DNA of 57,006 nucleotides, filler included, from Dugesia japonica (Eukaryota): NCBI GenBank assembly GCA_001938525.1. It is 5 parts of 5 records of this genome, joined end to end, with 100 filler letters (N's around TTAATTAATTAA, not from the genome) between each part and the next. Parts side by side here need not be neighbours in the genome. Positions count along the whole stretch, not along the records: positions 1 to 9,482 come from MQRL01559242.1; positions 9,583 to 19,526 come from MQRL01590406.1; 3 more parts are not named here. One strand, 5' to 3'. Shown piece by piece: positions 1 to 12,229 of this stretch (position 1 is its first letter; each line of letters starts with the position of its first letter). The notes under the pieces were generated by a model. It saw only the letters and a program-made list of their open reading frames with translations, ran no database searches and was not told where the DNA came from. The position numbers and the translations under genes were made by a program.

Positions 1-65
1 AATATTATATTAATAATTTTATATTAAATGGTATGGAATTATTATATTTTGATTGTTTCATTATT

Positions 66-458
66 TTAAAATCCATACCTAGTTGAATTAAAGCATAATT
101 TCCTAAAATAATAAAATTTATAGGTAGATAGCATTGGTTTTTTATTTATTGATAGATAATAATCTAGATCCTTTTTGAAACATGTGTTTGGAAAATCACA
201 ATGCACCACATTATCTATAAACGATTGATTTATTTTTTGTAATTTCAAACCACCATAATATAATAAAGGTGATCCCATAAGTTTTCCACAATTTAAATAA
301 TTTTTATTTGTAATATTACATTTTTCATTTTCATTATTTAAACAAATATCAGAGAATGATTTACAAGATTTATTAGAATGTAAAAATGGTTTTTCATCTT
401 CCTCACATAATTCTTGAAGATGAACTATATTGAAAAGAGAAATAAATATTATAATCAT
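66..458 (-). CDS. Putative secreted cysteine-rich protein (~130 aa), cargo of the fold-back-headed element
   Basis: ATG at 458 gives MIIIFISLFNIVHLQELC..., a hydrophobic signal-peptide-like start. Eight Cys follow and the frame is open to 66. It lies downstream of, and co-oriented with, the 580-802 gene. Confidence 0.4.
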   Translation of the reverse strand: MIIIFISLFNIVHLQELCEEDEKPFLHSNKSCKSFSDICLNNENEKCNITNKNYLNCGKLMGSPLLYYGGLKLQKINQSFIDNVVHCDFPNTCFKKDLDYYLSINKKPMLSTYKFYYFRKLCFNSTRYGF

Positions 459-579
459 TATTAGATTTTTATTAATTTTATATTTTTTTAAAATTAAAAA
501 CCAGAGTAATAAAAAATTTATTTCAATATTACATTTTTTATTTTTTCTAATTTTCGCTTTGCGCTTGCATTCGCTCGCT

Positions 580-802
580 CTTTGTTTGTTGAATTTCATA
601 CTGAACATTAACATTTCTTTTCTGAGTTTTAATAACTGTTCTTCTATTATATGGTATATTAAATTCTCTTAAATATTTCCTTTCTGTTTTCTCACATTAT
701 TTTGTTTTGAAAAAACCAAAACTGAATTTTCAATAAGAGTTTATAAAATTTTTCTTCAGTTGTTCCAGGTTGTATAGCTTTACTTGTATTATTAGAATCC
801 AT
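580..802 (-). pseudogene. Frameshifted homolog of orphan ORF 46986-47318 (early gene of the fold-back-headed element)
   Basis: Across two frameshifts it reads MDSNN...EEKFYK/TLIENSVLVFSKQNNV/KYLREFNIPYNRR...RNVNVQY. ORF 46986 reads NNFYKVL...MENSVTGFCKQNNV...KYLREFNIPYNRK...RDVNGQY. Confidence 0.8.
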
Positions 803-866
803 TTATCTTTACCAATAAAATTTTATTATATTTTTCAAAAAAACTAAAAACCAAGACGCCAACATA

Positions 867-999
867 AGTAGATGAGAAATGGCGGCTTCCAGATGGTTAT
901 TTTCCCATGCTTTTTACTATCCAAAATTTATAACATTAAATCGGCACTTGTTATGCAAAGTGGTACATCCTGATTGGAAGCCACAATTTCTCATCTACT
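867..999. repeat. 133-bp terminal fold-back with AGTAG...CTACT ends
   Basis: Left arm AGTAGATGAGAAATGGCGGCTTCCA (867-891); reverse complement of 975-999 is AGTAGATGAGAAATTGTGGCTTCCA (23/25 match). The right edge abuts a truncated piggyBac transposase. Confidence 0.85.
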
Positions 1000-1004
1000 A
1001 ATGT

Positions 1005-1405
1005 ATTGAAGAAAATTTCTGCATACTATCTTTTTTTTCTTTTGCGGCTGCGGTCAATTTTTATTTTTATTTGCACGTATAGTACCAACTATAGTTGTTT
1101 TTTTCGCAAATAATGTTTTTGCAAGTGGAAGGCTTTTAAAAAAATTGTCAGTTCTTACATTTCATCCGCAGCCTAAATAGAGATCCATTAGTTTAAGGAC
1201 GACAAATTCACTCAGAGGTATGTCTGACACTTGTGTGTTATCTTTGCCCAAATATGGAAATCCATTTATGAGATATTTACTTCTTAGATCCAATACTAAT
1301 CAAAGTTTTATGCCAAAATTTGTCGAGCTTTTGGGACATATATTGAGTGAATCGGCTCCTGGCCTTGGTTGGGAATAGTTGTTCATCAATTGTGATGTAC
1401 GCGTC
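1005..1405 (-). pseudogene. piggyBac transposase fragment (DDD core)
   Basis: Minus strand reads YITIDEQLFPTKARSRFTQYM...KLDK/FGIK...SKYLINGFPYLGKD...NVRTDNFFKSLPLAK...TTIVGTIRAN. Confidence 0.9.
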
Positions 1406-1657
1406 AAGGTTTTGTTGTGTTTATGTGATTTTTATTTGAATTTATATGATTTATAGGCTTTTGTAAATAAAATATTTCTAAGGTTTTTTTGATGGTTTTA
1501 CATCGTTTTATATGGATTTTTAAGGTTTTATAGGGTGTTTATGGGTTTTTAATGAAATTTAATGATTTTCATAAGCTTATAAGTGTTATATGGTAATATT
1601 AGGGTTAAAGTTAAGATAAGGGCAAAACTTTACTAGATGAAAAATTTACTAGATGAG

Positions 1658-3064
1658 ACATATACTTGTTAGCCGATGTCTTTCAAAATTTTCGTAAAAA
1701 GCACTTAAAAAGCATGGATTGGAGCCGTTACAATTTTTATTTCATTGCCAGAATTGAACTGGCCAAGGGCTATCAAGTCGATGGGAAGGTCAATAGAATT
1801 ACTCCAAGATGATTAAATGCATTGTCTATTTGAATTAAGAATTCGTGGAGGAATGAATTTAGTAAACAAGCATTATGTCCAGGAAGAAGGGAATTCCTCA
1901 CTGCTTGATATGGACATCAATAACCTTTATGGTTGGGCATTAACACAACCTTTACCATATAGCGATTTCAAATTTATATCAGAATATCAGATTGAAGAAA
2001 CTTACCAAAAGATGTTCATCGATAATAATAATGAGATTGGATACCTGATTGAAATTGATCTTGAAATACCTATCGAACATCATGATAAGTTAGATCAATT
2101 GCTTTTGGTTCCAAAACATAAATGACCACCTGAATCAAAGGTTAAGAAGTTGCTGATGACACATAAACCAAAATGGCATTATATCGTATATTAGGGATTA
2201 TTGGAACTGTAAAAGGGCTCGTGTGACTGCAGTGCATAGAATAATACAGTTAAAACAAACGGAAATATTTGCAAATTATTTTAATGTAAGTTCTACAAGA
2301 AGAGCAGACTCGAAGTCCAAATTTGAAAAGGATTTCTAAAAACTAATAAATAATGCGCTATATGATAGAACAGTAGAGAATTTGAAGAATCACATGGAAC
2401 TCCGGCTATGTAATAACGAGAAGAAATTTGTGATTAACACCAGTGAAGTGAGATTTAAGAAAACAATGGATATCGCAGAAGTACTCAAAGCTGTATTGTT
2501 AGAGAAATATACTATATATCTAGATAGACCAAATTATATTGGCCAGGTGGTTCTAGATTTGAGTAAACTTCGTATGTATAGGCTCCAATATGAAGAGTTG
2601 GAAAAATATCGTCAGGAATTTCATTGTAAAATTGATATTATTGCTGGAGATACGGATAGATTTTTCTTATCCGAAAAGCTCATCCCTTCTATTCCAACAA
2701 TGTGGCCAACAGAATTGGATTGTTTAAAGAGAAAGGAGACGGTGAAGATTATATTGAATGGGTATTCCTAAGGCCAAAATTTTATAATTTGAAGAAAGAA
2801 GATTCTAGTATCACAATGAAGGCAAAAGGAATCAGTATAAAACAAACAGATATCAATCATCAAAACTATTAAAATGCATATAATAAAGATGAAGACGAAG
2901 ACGAAGAACAAAACAAGGTTACGCAGACTAGTTTCCAATCAACAAATCATCAGATTTATACAAAAGAGAGTATGAAACGTGTATTGTCTTGTCTGAATCA
3001 TAAGCAATGTTGGAGCGAAAGAAATACTAGTGTAGCATATGGTCATTATAAAATTAATAATTAA
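1658..3064 (+). pseudogene. Polinton/Maverick (adintovirus-type) protein-primed family B DNA polymerase, C-terminal half
   Basis: Motifs LLADVFQNFRK, IRGG, DMDINNLYGWALTQPLP (motif A), KLINNALYDRTVEN (motif B), GDTD (motif C), KAKGI and terminal YGHYKI. Several stops and frameshifts. Confidence 0.92.
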
Positions 3065-3312
3065 ACGTTAAGTATTTAATCACGGTTTTAATGACCTTTG
3101 AATATGGAAGAAAAAGAAGAAGAAACAAAAGTGTGCATAAGAGTAAGAGAAAGAAGACTCAAACGATGATTATGGTTTAAATGATGAAATAAATATTATC
3201 TATTTGTTACTTTCTTTTTATTAATTATGTATGGGTAAATAATAAGTAAAAGAAATATATGTTGTAGTTTTTAAAAAGTATAATGACTCTATATAAAAAA
3301 ACAGATTTTTAC

Positions 3313-3313
<1 letters not shown>

Positions 3314-3378
<65 letters not shown>

Positions 3379-3428
3379 NNNNNNNNNNNNNNNNNNNNNN
3401 NNNNNNNNNNNNNNNNNNNNNNNNNNNN

Positions 3429-3492
<64 letters not shown>
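3314..3492. repeat. (AAT)n microsatellite spanning an N gap
   Basis: Perfect AAT trimers either side of the gap. Confidence 0.95.
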
Positions 3493-3734
3493 GGTTAATG
3501 ATTAGAAATATTTAGTTTTTTGTTATGGTAAAAAGTAACACGACGCTTTTAATAAAACACAAAATTGTAAATAATCATAAAAGAAGATTACCAACAGTAA
3601 TAATTATTATTATGTAGCATGGTTATTGTGTATTGTAATACTAAATGTTATGAGTATGATTACGTAATATTCCTAATGACACGTTTGCTATGTGTGTATT
3701 GATTATGTAATAAATTAAAGTTCACTGACAGGTG

Positions 3735-4799
3735 GCCTCGTGTGTATGCATCCCTCTACTCGTGGTTTTTCATCTTTCGTTGATTTTGTTATGCTGTGTT
3801 CCTTCATTACGACTCGTGTTGAAATTTCTTTCTTCCGGACCTCTGCGAACAGCATTTCTTAAGTTACGAACTACATTTATTTCTTCAGTTTTTACTTCAT
3901 CTTTTATATCTTCTCACTNNNNNNNNNNNNNNNNNNNNNNNNNNNNNNNNNNNNNNNNNNNNNNNNNNTTTTAATCTTTCTGTCATTGCAACTATTTATT
4001 ATTAGCTCTTTTGTTAAGTCATCTTTGTTCCATTTATGAGCCATTAACTTCTCTACCATTTCTTCTATCTGTTTCTTATAGATACTCACATGCTCTCCAG
4101 TTCTTAGATAATTTAGAGCTTCCTCTATATCTTTCAGCATTGTCGATGATCTAAAGAAAGCATTTCTGTATCTTTCTTAAAATTTTAATGCTTCATCTTC
4201 ATTTTCATAGATTTCACGAAGTTCTTTATTTATGAAAGCAAGTACAAACAAACGTCTATAACCTTTCTTTGTTCCGGAAATATCAAAATATAATTTTTCA
4301 ATATGTAATCTTTTCGACATCATCGCCCATTTTGAAAATTACAGGGTGAATTGCTTCTTTTAGCAAATCCAATAATTCGTTGGTCGCCATATTAGTTGAA
4401 TTCAAAATCTCACTACTCTCCATAAATTATTATTTTTTATTATGTTTTTAATAAAAATGAAAAATGATGAAGAACAATTCACAGTATTCAAACAAATAAT
4501 CTGAGAAATTTTAATCAAATATATTTTTTAAGAATATCGATTTTCCTTTTTAAAATTTTTTATATATAATTTCATAAAACAATTTTTTTACTTTTATAAT
4601 TTTGCATAATATAAAATATCGATCCTGGTTTTAAAATACTTTAATATCATAAAATTATCAATTATAATTTTAAAGATTTATCTTCACTTTTTTCAATAAT
4701 ATTTTAAAGTTTCAGATGAAAATTTTAAAATAACATATATGCAATATATATACAAATTAAAAAATCTCAGACATTTGGATTACATGAATCGACCTTACA
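3735..4799 (-). mobile_element. 5' end of a Ty3/gypsy LTR retrotransposon: LTR 4390-4799, PBS 4381-4389, gag remnant
   Basis: LTR TGTAAGGTCGATTC...CTAATA is followed directly by TGGCGACCA (tRNA-Arg-type PBS). Gag begins MATNELLDLLKEAIHPVIFKMGDDVEK. The LTR is homologous to 16026-16516. Confidence 0.8.
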
Positions 4800-5782
4800 C
4801 AGATAATTTGAGAAATTATTTTCTAATTATTTACTAATAATAATACTTATTATTTATTTTTGATACTTTATCATTTTCTTCTTTTATATTATTTTTCAAA
4901 TAATCCATTAGATTGATTCTGTATAGGGTTGATTTAAACAACTTGATTAATTTAAGGTAATTGGTTGATCCAAAGAACCTACATTTCCACCACTATGTAA
5001 TGGAATTCTATTTGTATTTCTAAATTGTAGATAATCATTTAAATTTATTTTTGTTTCTTCTAGATTTTTTGCAAGAGTCATTAAATAAATCTTATGTTTT
5101 TCATTTTGTTCTTTTAAAAGTTCATCCTTTGCCTTTCATTTTTTAATATCAGATTTAATAAACATTCTCTCTTTCTTATCATGTATAAAATCTCCATTAT
5201 CATTTTCTATAAATTCACCAGTTAATACATCTTGAGAATATCTTTTCGTTTTTTATTAAATGGTTTATCTATTATTTTATGCTTTCTTAATACAACATTT
5301 AGTTTTCTAATTTTTATATTTAATTCGAATTTGATTACTTTAATAATACTTTATCTGATTTCAATGGATTCTGTTTTTTCTTTTCCATTAACTTTTCTAT
5401 GAAATCTAATTCCAACTCTTCATTATAATCCATTTTTTTAAAGACAAAATTGAGATTTCCCCTACTTTCCTCAATTCTCCCAAGAGGTTCCTCTCCTCTC
5501 CTCTTTATTTTTTAACCCTCGTGTATGAATTTTAGAGATTTGTTTACTTTATGAAAATTGTTGATTGTTGGTGGTTGGTGTAGAGTTTTCAACGAAGCTA
5601 ATTTTTTTCTAAAGAATCTAGTTTTTTGTTAGCAGTGTATGTTTTAGAAAATCTCAAAGTAGTATATAAAATACGCGTTCATCTTTTCTTCCTCTCCCAG
5701 GTCCATTTGGCTTCGAGCGTAGTGAAGAAGCCACATAGGGTCCAGAGGGGTATGTAGATAAACGCTTATTTTATATACTACT
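4800..5782 (-). mobile_element. Truncated fold-back-headed Polinton-like element (divergent copy) with decayed orphan ORF
   Basis: Fold-back at 5658-5782, then a decayed minus-strand reading frame from ~5433 (MDYNEELELDF...). Cut at 4799 by a gypsy LTR. Confidence 0.5.
5658..5782. repeat. 125-bp terminal fold-back with AGTAGT...ACTACT ends
   Basis: AGTAGTATATAAAATACGCGTT (5658-5679) versus reverse complement of 5761-5782, AGTAGTATATAAAATAAGCGTT (21/22 match). Confidence 0.85.
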
Positions 5783-6384
5783 AAAGCAATGTATAGTCAA
5801 TTTTTGATACTGATTTTAATGGGGCTGATATGTTTTTGTATAAAGCATTATTTCATTATACTTATAACTATTATCATTAAAATGGCGCAGAACGTTACAT
5901 CTCTTCCAGTGAAAACGACGCATTTTTTGTTAAAAGTCCTTTAGTCAATGCACTTTCTAATTTTCAATTGGTTGGTATCAAGACCAAGTTGATTCGATCA
6001 AAAGTGAGAGTAGAGGAGTTTTTAAATTTAGATCATTAATAACATTTTACCGTCACGCTTGATAAAGTTGAAGACTGTATCATAAGATCCATTACATCCA
6101 TACGCATGCAATGATATTACGACGAGATCTGTAAAATACCATCCGGCCGAGAAAGGTTAATATTGAAAGTTCATCTAATCACAATCAAGTATACATAAAC
6201 ACCGTAACCTTGAAAAATTCCACCAATCACGTCAACACTAAATTCGTAAACACTTTGCAGGTGGAAAGGAGTAGGGTGTTTAATTACGCTACTATCTATT
6301 TACTCTAATTAAATAAATTTAAATATTTTTGACAAAACTTACTTCATTTTGAGTTAATATCCTAAACATTGAGATTGTTTACAT

Positions 6385-6960
6385 TAGTCTTGATCTCTTT
6401 GGTGTATTTCGGATTTCATTTTCAAATACTCCATAAATTATTAAATATACTGGTGTAAGTAATAAACGTGCAAATTTTATATCCAATTCAAATTTTCTTG
6501 TTGGGGTAATTGACTTTTATTAATTTTAAATTCTGGAAGTACGAATGTAAAAAAGAAATATTTGTTCTTAAAATCTTCAAGTGTTATTCCGCATTTCATA
6601 TTTCTGTTTAGATATCCCAAATTTTTAATTATTGATTGTATGTATCTTGAGTATCTAATTCTCGATGTTGCATAAAATGTATTATATTGTTGATAAGTTT
6701 GAAATGTAACTAGAATAAAGTTGGGCAATCAACGATCACCATAGACTTGCTCCTAATAAAACGATGAATTGTTATCACTAATTGAATATGAAAATATTTC
6801 CTTGGTTCTTATAGGATTAATGGCATTTTGCTTTGCTTAACCAAATTTAATGATTCGTTAATACCGATGAATTTACTCGAACCATTCTAACCACCAATTT
6901 TGAAGTGGCAACTGGTAGACGAATCGGATTCTTAACTATTATCTGATATAATCTTTTATT
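6385..6960 (-). pseudogene. Polinton/Maverick major capsid protein, C-terminal half
   Basis: KLVVRMVRVNSSVL, NAINPIRTKEIF, LPNFILVTFQ, FKNKYFFFTF, YLIIYGVFENEI. Clearly homologous to the MCP at 11075-12210. Confidence 0.8.
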
Positions 6961-7519
6961 TTTAAGGCGAAAGTTTCTTATTTAAATTTTTTTATATAGG
7001 ATTTCAGTAAAATTATTTCTTTTTAAATAGTTCTGCAGTTGCAAGATTTTTTTATAGTTGGAAATTCTATTCCATTTTGAAAATTAATTTATTGATTCAA
7101 GATTGAAACTTTTCGCAGAGATTCTTCTACAGGTGAGTTACTTTTCATTATAATTTTCTTTTTTGTGAGTAACTTGCTTCGCGACTTTTATAAATTTTTT
7201 TAAGGGTAACTTTCGTTGATTTTGTGGGTCCTTATATATACTTTTTGTTTCCTCTTCTCCCATTTCATTGGAGTATATTTACTGTTTATTATTTGGAATT
7301 TATGGTAAATTATTTTGATAGATTGAGATATTATATAGTTTTCTTAGGATTGAGTTATTAATTTCAACAATAAATTTAGATTTATGATCAATCATATTCT
7401 TTTGCTAGAATGTTTTCGAATTATTGTAAATTTTTTGTGATTCTTCACTGGATCTTGAAATCTTTGGACAATTGAATTGAATTTATTAATTATTTTATTT
7501 ATATAAATATATATTTGAA

Positions 7520-9150
7520 AAATTACACCTAGAGATTCGCAACCTGATAAACTTTATGGAATCTTAAAGTTCATACGAAAGATGTTCCTATGCGTCCTGT
7601 TTTATCCATGATAAAAACAGCTCATTATAAGGTTGCTAAACTGTTGGATGATATTTTAAAGCCTTTATGTACATCTGAATTTGAGTGTAAAAACAGTTTT
7701 GAATTTTTATTTTTTATTTCTTAGTATCCATGTGTTATTAAGGATTGTTTTATAGTCTCATTTGATGTAACAATTTTATTTAATGTTCCATTAAAAGAGA
7801 CTATAAATTTATGTTGTCAAATATGGACTGAGTTTAATCTTAATAAATCCTCTTCAGAAGATATAAAGTTTCGTGAATTTTTAACTTTTGCAACATCGAA
7901 TGTTCAATTTTTTATGATGAATGGTATAGACAGGTTGATGGTTTGGCGATGAGATCCCCATCAGCTCCAACATTAGTTTCTATTTAATTGTCTAAATTAT
8001 TCTTCTGTTCATAAAAGTTATGTCTATGGAATTTTTCTTGTTTCTGAAAATTGCTACCAAGTATATCCATTTTTGGAGAATATGAATAACTTGCATCCAA
8101 ATATAGGCTTTACGGTTGAAGAAGAGATTGATTCAACTGTTCCATTTCTTGATTTTCCTATTGAAAAAAAGAAAACCTCCTTTGAAACAAAAATATATAG
8201 AAATGAAAATTGATACTGGTTTGTTTACAAATAAAGCCAGTTTTTGTGACATAAAATATAAAAGTCATATGATTAACGGACTAATTCATCATTCTTTGTC
8301 TCTCTCTTCTACTTTTATCAAAGAAAACAAAAGTCTAAATAAATGAATTGACTTACTTCATAATAATGGGTATTCTCAATTGTTTACGGAAAAATTAGTT
8401 TATAGAATTTTGAATAAACTAAATAGTGACTTGCCATGTGTTGATGTATGTGAGGTTGTAGAAGCAAATCCTAAAATTATTTTATCTTTACCTTATTTTA
8501 AAGACTTTAAAAATTCAAACTTTCAATTGAAAATGCTCTGAAGAATATTTTAAATATAAAGGTTGTATGTCAATCTCATAAGGTAATAAGTATGTTCAAT
8601 AATAAATCTATAACCCCTTAAGGCTTGAGCTCTGATCTGGTCTATCAATTTAAATGTAATGGGTGTAACGCGACATAAATTGGAGAGACCTCCCGTCATC
8701 TCTACATAAAAGCACAAGAGCANNNNNNNNNNNNNNNNNNNNNNNNNNNNNNNNNNNNNNNNNNNNNNNNNNTAAATTGGAGAGACCTCCCGTCATCTCT
8801 ACATAAGAGCACAAGAGCATAGTTGAAATAATGGAAATAGTAATATTGTTGAGCATCGAAGAAAATGTATAAAATCAATAGGGTTTTCAGATTTTAAAAT
8901 CTTGTGCAGCGGATTTCATAATTATTGGGAGAGAGTGATGTGTGAAGCTTTCTTGATAAGCGTATTAAATCCTAAAATTAATTTTCGGTTGATGGATTCT
9001 ACTTGGCTCTTAAAACTATTTTAATGATTATTTATTGAGATTGCATAATTGAATAGTTTGTTNTATTATTTTTTAATTGCCTGATGATGATGGTTATTCC
9101 GTCGAAATTGATCGCATTTAATAAAGATTTTCAAAAATGGTGTTCTATTA
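7520..9150 (+). mobile_element. Penelope-like retroelement (RT + GIY-YIG endonuclease), decayed
   Basis: RT motifs LYGILKVHTKDVPMRPVLS, VSFDVT, YRQVDGLAMRSP, LHPNIGFTVE, VPFLD. Endonuclease motifs VYQFKCNGC and IGETSRHLYIRAQEH. Hammerhead and AATAAA at the 3' end. Confidence 0.92.
9075..9119 (+). ncRNA. Minimal type I hammerhead ribozyme in the Penelope 3' pseudo-LTR
   Basis: AATTGC-CTGATGA-T-GATGG-TTATT-CCGTC-GAAA-TTGA-TC-GCATTT: conserved core, stem II, AUC cleavage triplet and stem I (TGC/GCA). Confidence 0.75.
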
Positions 9151-9582
9151 TTTATTTTAAAAAGTTACCTAAATGAGTAATTTTATGAGTATTTTATTTA
9201 TATTAATTTTAATTTAAATTTGTTGATCTCCTTTTGACTATTCGGTTTTGGTGTAAAATTCTTGGAGATGTTGTTTATTTGTTGGGTTTCGTACCAACAA
9301 TATTATTATTATTATTAATATGTATCTACTGTCACTCTATTAACTCTTTGAGGCACGGCGGTATTAAAAGTGTCCCACCATTTTGATGCGAAAATATGCG
9401 AAAAACGCAATTGAATTATTATTGTTTTTTTTGTTTTTATATTATATTATTCCTTTATTACAAATTTATTAATAATTTATTANNNNNNNNNNNNNNNNNN
9501 NNNNNNNNNNNNNNNNNNNNNNNNNNTTAATTAATTAANNNNNNNNNNNNNNNNNNNNNNNNNNNNNNNNNNNNNNNNNNNN

Positions 9583-9635
<53 letters not shown>

Positions 9636-10797
9636 TTAATTCCAATCTTTTTCATCAACATATATTTCTTGTTTCCCTTACTGTTAAATATTAATTAATT
9701 ATCCTTCAAAGAGTCTCATACAATTTATTCCTATGGTTTTATATGATATTTTAATACTTTTTAAAGTTTTAATGTTTATCTCATAATCTAACTCTTTTAA
9801 CCAATATTACCCTACATATCATATTTTACTATATTTTGCCTTATTAACCATGTTTTACCCCTATTTTATCCTATTTACCATATCTTCATCACTTATCCCA
9901 TATTTTACCTCTATTTTACCCATATTTTACCCCTATATACCATATTTTACCCGATTTTGCCCGATTTTTCCATAGTTTGCTCAATTTCCCCATATTTTGC
10001 CGAATTTTCATATATTTTCTTTATATTTATTTTCTTATTTACTGATGTTTCAAAACTTCATTATCCATCTGACTATCTAATATTGATTTTAATGTATTCT
10101 TTTTACTTTTACTAAAACAAGATAAGTGTTCTTATGTGTCCTATAAAAACTTACGTAGTCACTTAAACCTAATACCTTACAATTAGGGCACACAAAATAA
10201 TTGTTTCCAGAAAACCACTGGCTATAGTAACCTAAAATTCTAAATTACATATTTAATTTATTAACAATAAATAATAACAATCTTACAGCATTCATTGTTG
10301 AAATAAATCTTCTTATATTTTGTTTATATGAATTATTGATAATACTAAAAAACAAAATTTAGTAATGATAATAATAAATTACTTATAGCTCTCTTGAATT
10401 GTTCACTTGTTTTCTAAACGTTTTTTGACATTGTGATGAATAATAATACATTTTACCAAGGTTTTCAACTCTAGCCAATCAAATTCGAGTATGTTTGAAT
10501 TTTAAAATGTCAAATTAATTTAAAATATTGCAGACATATTACGTTGCGGTATTTGAAAGCTATTTTAAAATATACATATATATTACATTGTGGTATTTTA
10601 AATTGATTTTATTTTATTTGATAATAAAACGTGACAAAATTATAATTAAAACATGTATTAATAGCATATTACTTGCAAATTTTTTATATATAAATGTTGT
10701 TATTTTATTCTTTTTATTCTTAGTTTTAACAAATAACAAAGATTTCATTTCACTAAAAGACATTTATTTTTTTTACAACAAGACCAAATAAATATTG

Positions 10798-11070
10798 TCA
10801 ACTTAAATGTTTTTTTATCAACCAAAATAGACAGTATTGACCACATGTAGTTGTAAATGGATCGTGATATTGGATTTTATTGTAGACTATTGGTTTTGAT
10901 ATTTTCGATAAGTGTGACACCAAAAATGATGGATAATAAAATGCTAATGAATCGAATAGCAGTATTTGAGCAGGTTTATTGTAAACAGCAACTAAATGTT
11001 TTCCACCTAGATTTGATGTATGATTATTGACAATTAAGGCATTGTTTACTGGATTATAAATTTTCGTTTG
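10798..11070 (-). pseudogene. Adenain-like cysteine protease of a Polinton/Maverick
   Basis: IVNNHTSNLGGKHLVA...FDSL...N..Q...TCGQYC, the His/Asp/Gln/Cys signature. The N-terminus was lost by a deletion that fused it to MCP sequence. Confidence 0.88.
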
Positions 11071-11074
11071 TAAA

Positions 11075-12210
11075 ATCTTGAGTATATATTTCTCGATAGT
11101 CAGTGTTTTTCGACAAGGAAACGGAAACAGCATCTTGATTTTGAAATGTTGAACACGAGCTTTTATTACTACCATTATATTGCTCACCACTTTGAAATGT
11201 AACCAAAATAAAGCTAGGTAACCGACGATCACTAAAGATTTGTTCTTTATAAAACGATGAACTATCTTTACTAATTGCAAATGCAACGACTTCTTTGGTT
11301 CTTATGGGATAAACATCATTTTGCTTTTTAGTCCCAATTAATGAGCAATTAGTACTGAGGCTTCAACTCGTACACGTCTAACCATTAATTTTGCATCTAG
11401 TAATACATATTTAGATTGATTGACTGCAGATTCCAAACAAATATCAGCATCTGCTCGTTTCAATTGAATATGACCATTGACACGTGGAATAAGGTATTTC
11501 GGTTGATCCATGAAATCAAGTTGCAAAGAACCACATAAAAATAATTGTTTTGATTTTGCAATAGACTTTTTTCAATCTGCTTCTGATCCATATTCCATTG
11601 CTATAAAACAGATAATTTTACTATCACCATTATAATTTATTATAATTTCAATTATTGCTTTGTGAAGATAAGATCCATTTCCACCTTCAATTTTNNNNNN
11701 NNNNNNNNNNNNNNNNNNNNNNNNNNNNNNNNNNNNNNNNNNNNNNNNNNNNNNNNNNNNNNNNNNNNNNNNNNNNNNNNNNNNNNNNNNNNNNNNNNNN
11801 NNNNNNNNNNNNNNNNNNNNNNNNNNNNNNNNNNNNNNNNNNNNNNNNNNNNNNNNNNNNNNNNNNNNNNNNNNNNNNNNAACTAAATAATAATATTTAG
11901 TTATCTCAATTCTTATTGGCTGAAATTATTAATTAATAATTATCTCCTCATAATGAGTGTCAGTCAAATCTTTATCAGCCTTATCAACCACCTTCACGTT
12001 AATATACAAAAATGCATCATTCAAATCCAAATATTCTGTTTGAGATCCATTTATAAAAGACTCAACGTCATTAAGTGATTCTAAATTGAATTCATAGGAA
12101 AGACGTCTTCGAAAGTACCACTTTCAATTATATCTTGAGAAGATAGTCTATCAAAAATACATAATTCAGTTTTACCGCAAATCACTTTCCAAATATTGTT
12201 CCATGGCCAT
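11075..12210 (-). pseudogene. Polinton/Maverick double jelly-roll major capsid protein
   Basis: KTELCIFDR...IESGTFEDVFP...GSQTEYLDLNDAFLY; LQLDFMDQPKYLIP; DAKLMVRRVRVEASVLIAH; YPIRTKEV; LPSFILVTFQ. C-terminus deleted; contains an N gap. Confidence 0.9.
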
Positions 12211-12229
12211 GAGATTTATTACGTTTTCT

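Noticed and set aside
8677-8818. Direct duplication of the IGETSRHL segment
   Set aside because: The two copies flank an N gap, so this is most likely an unmerged contig overlap.
9527-9538. TTAATTAATTAA between N runs (also 19571, 28354, 40700)
   Set aside because: An identical six-frame-stop 12-mer always flanked by Ns is an assembly spacer, not biology. Adjacency across these points is uncertain.
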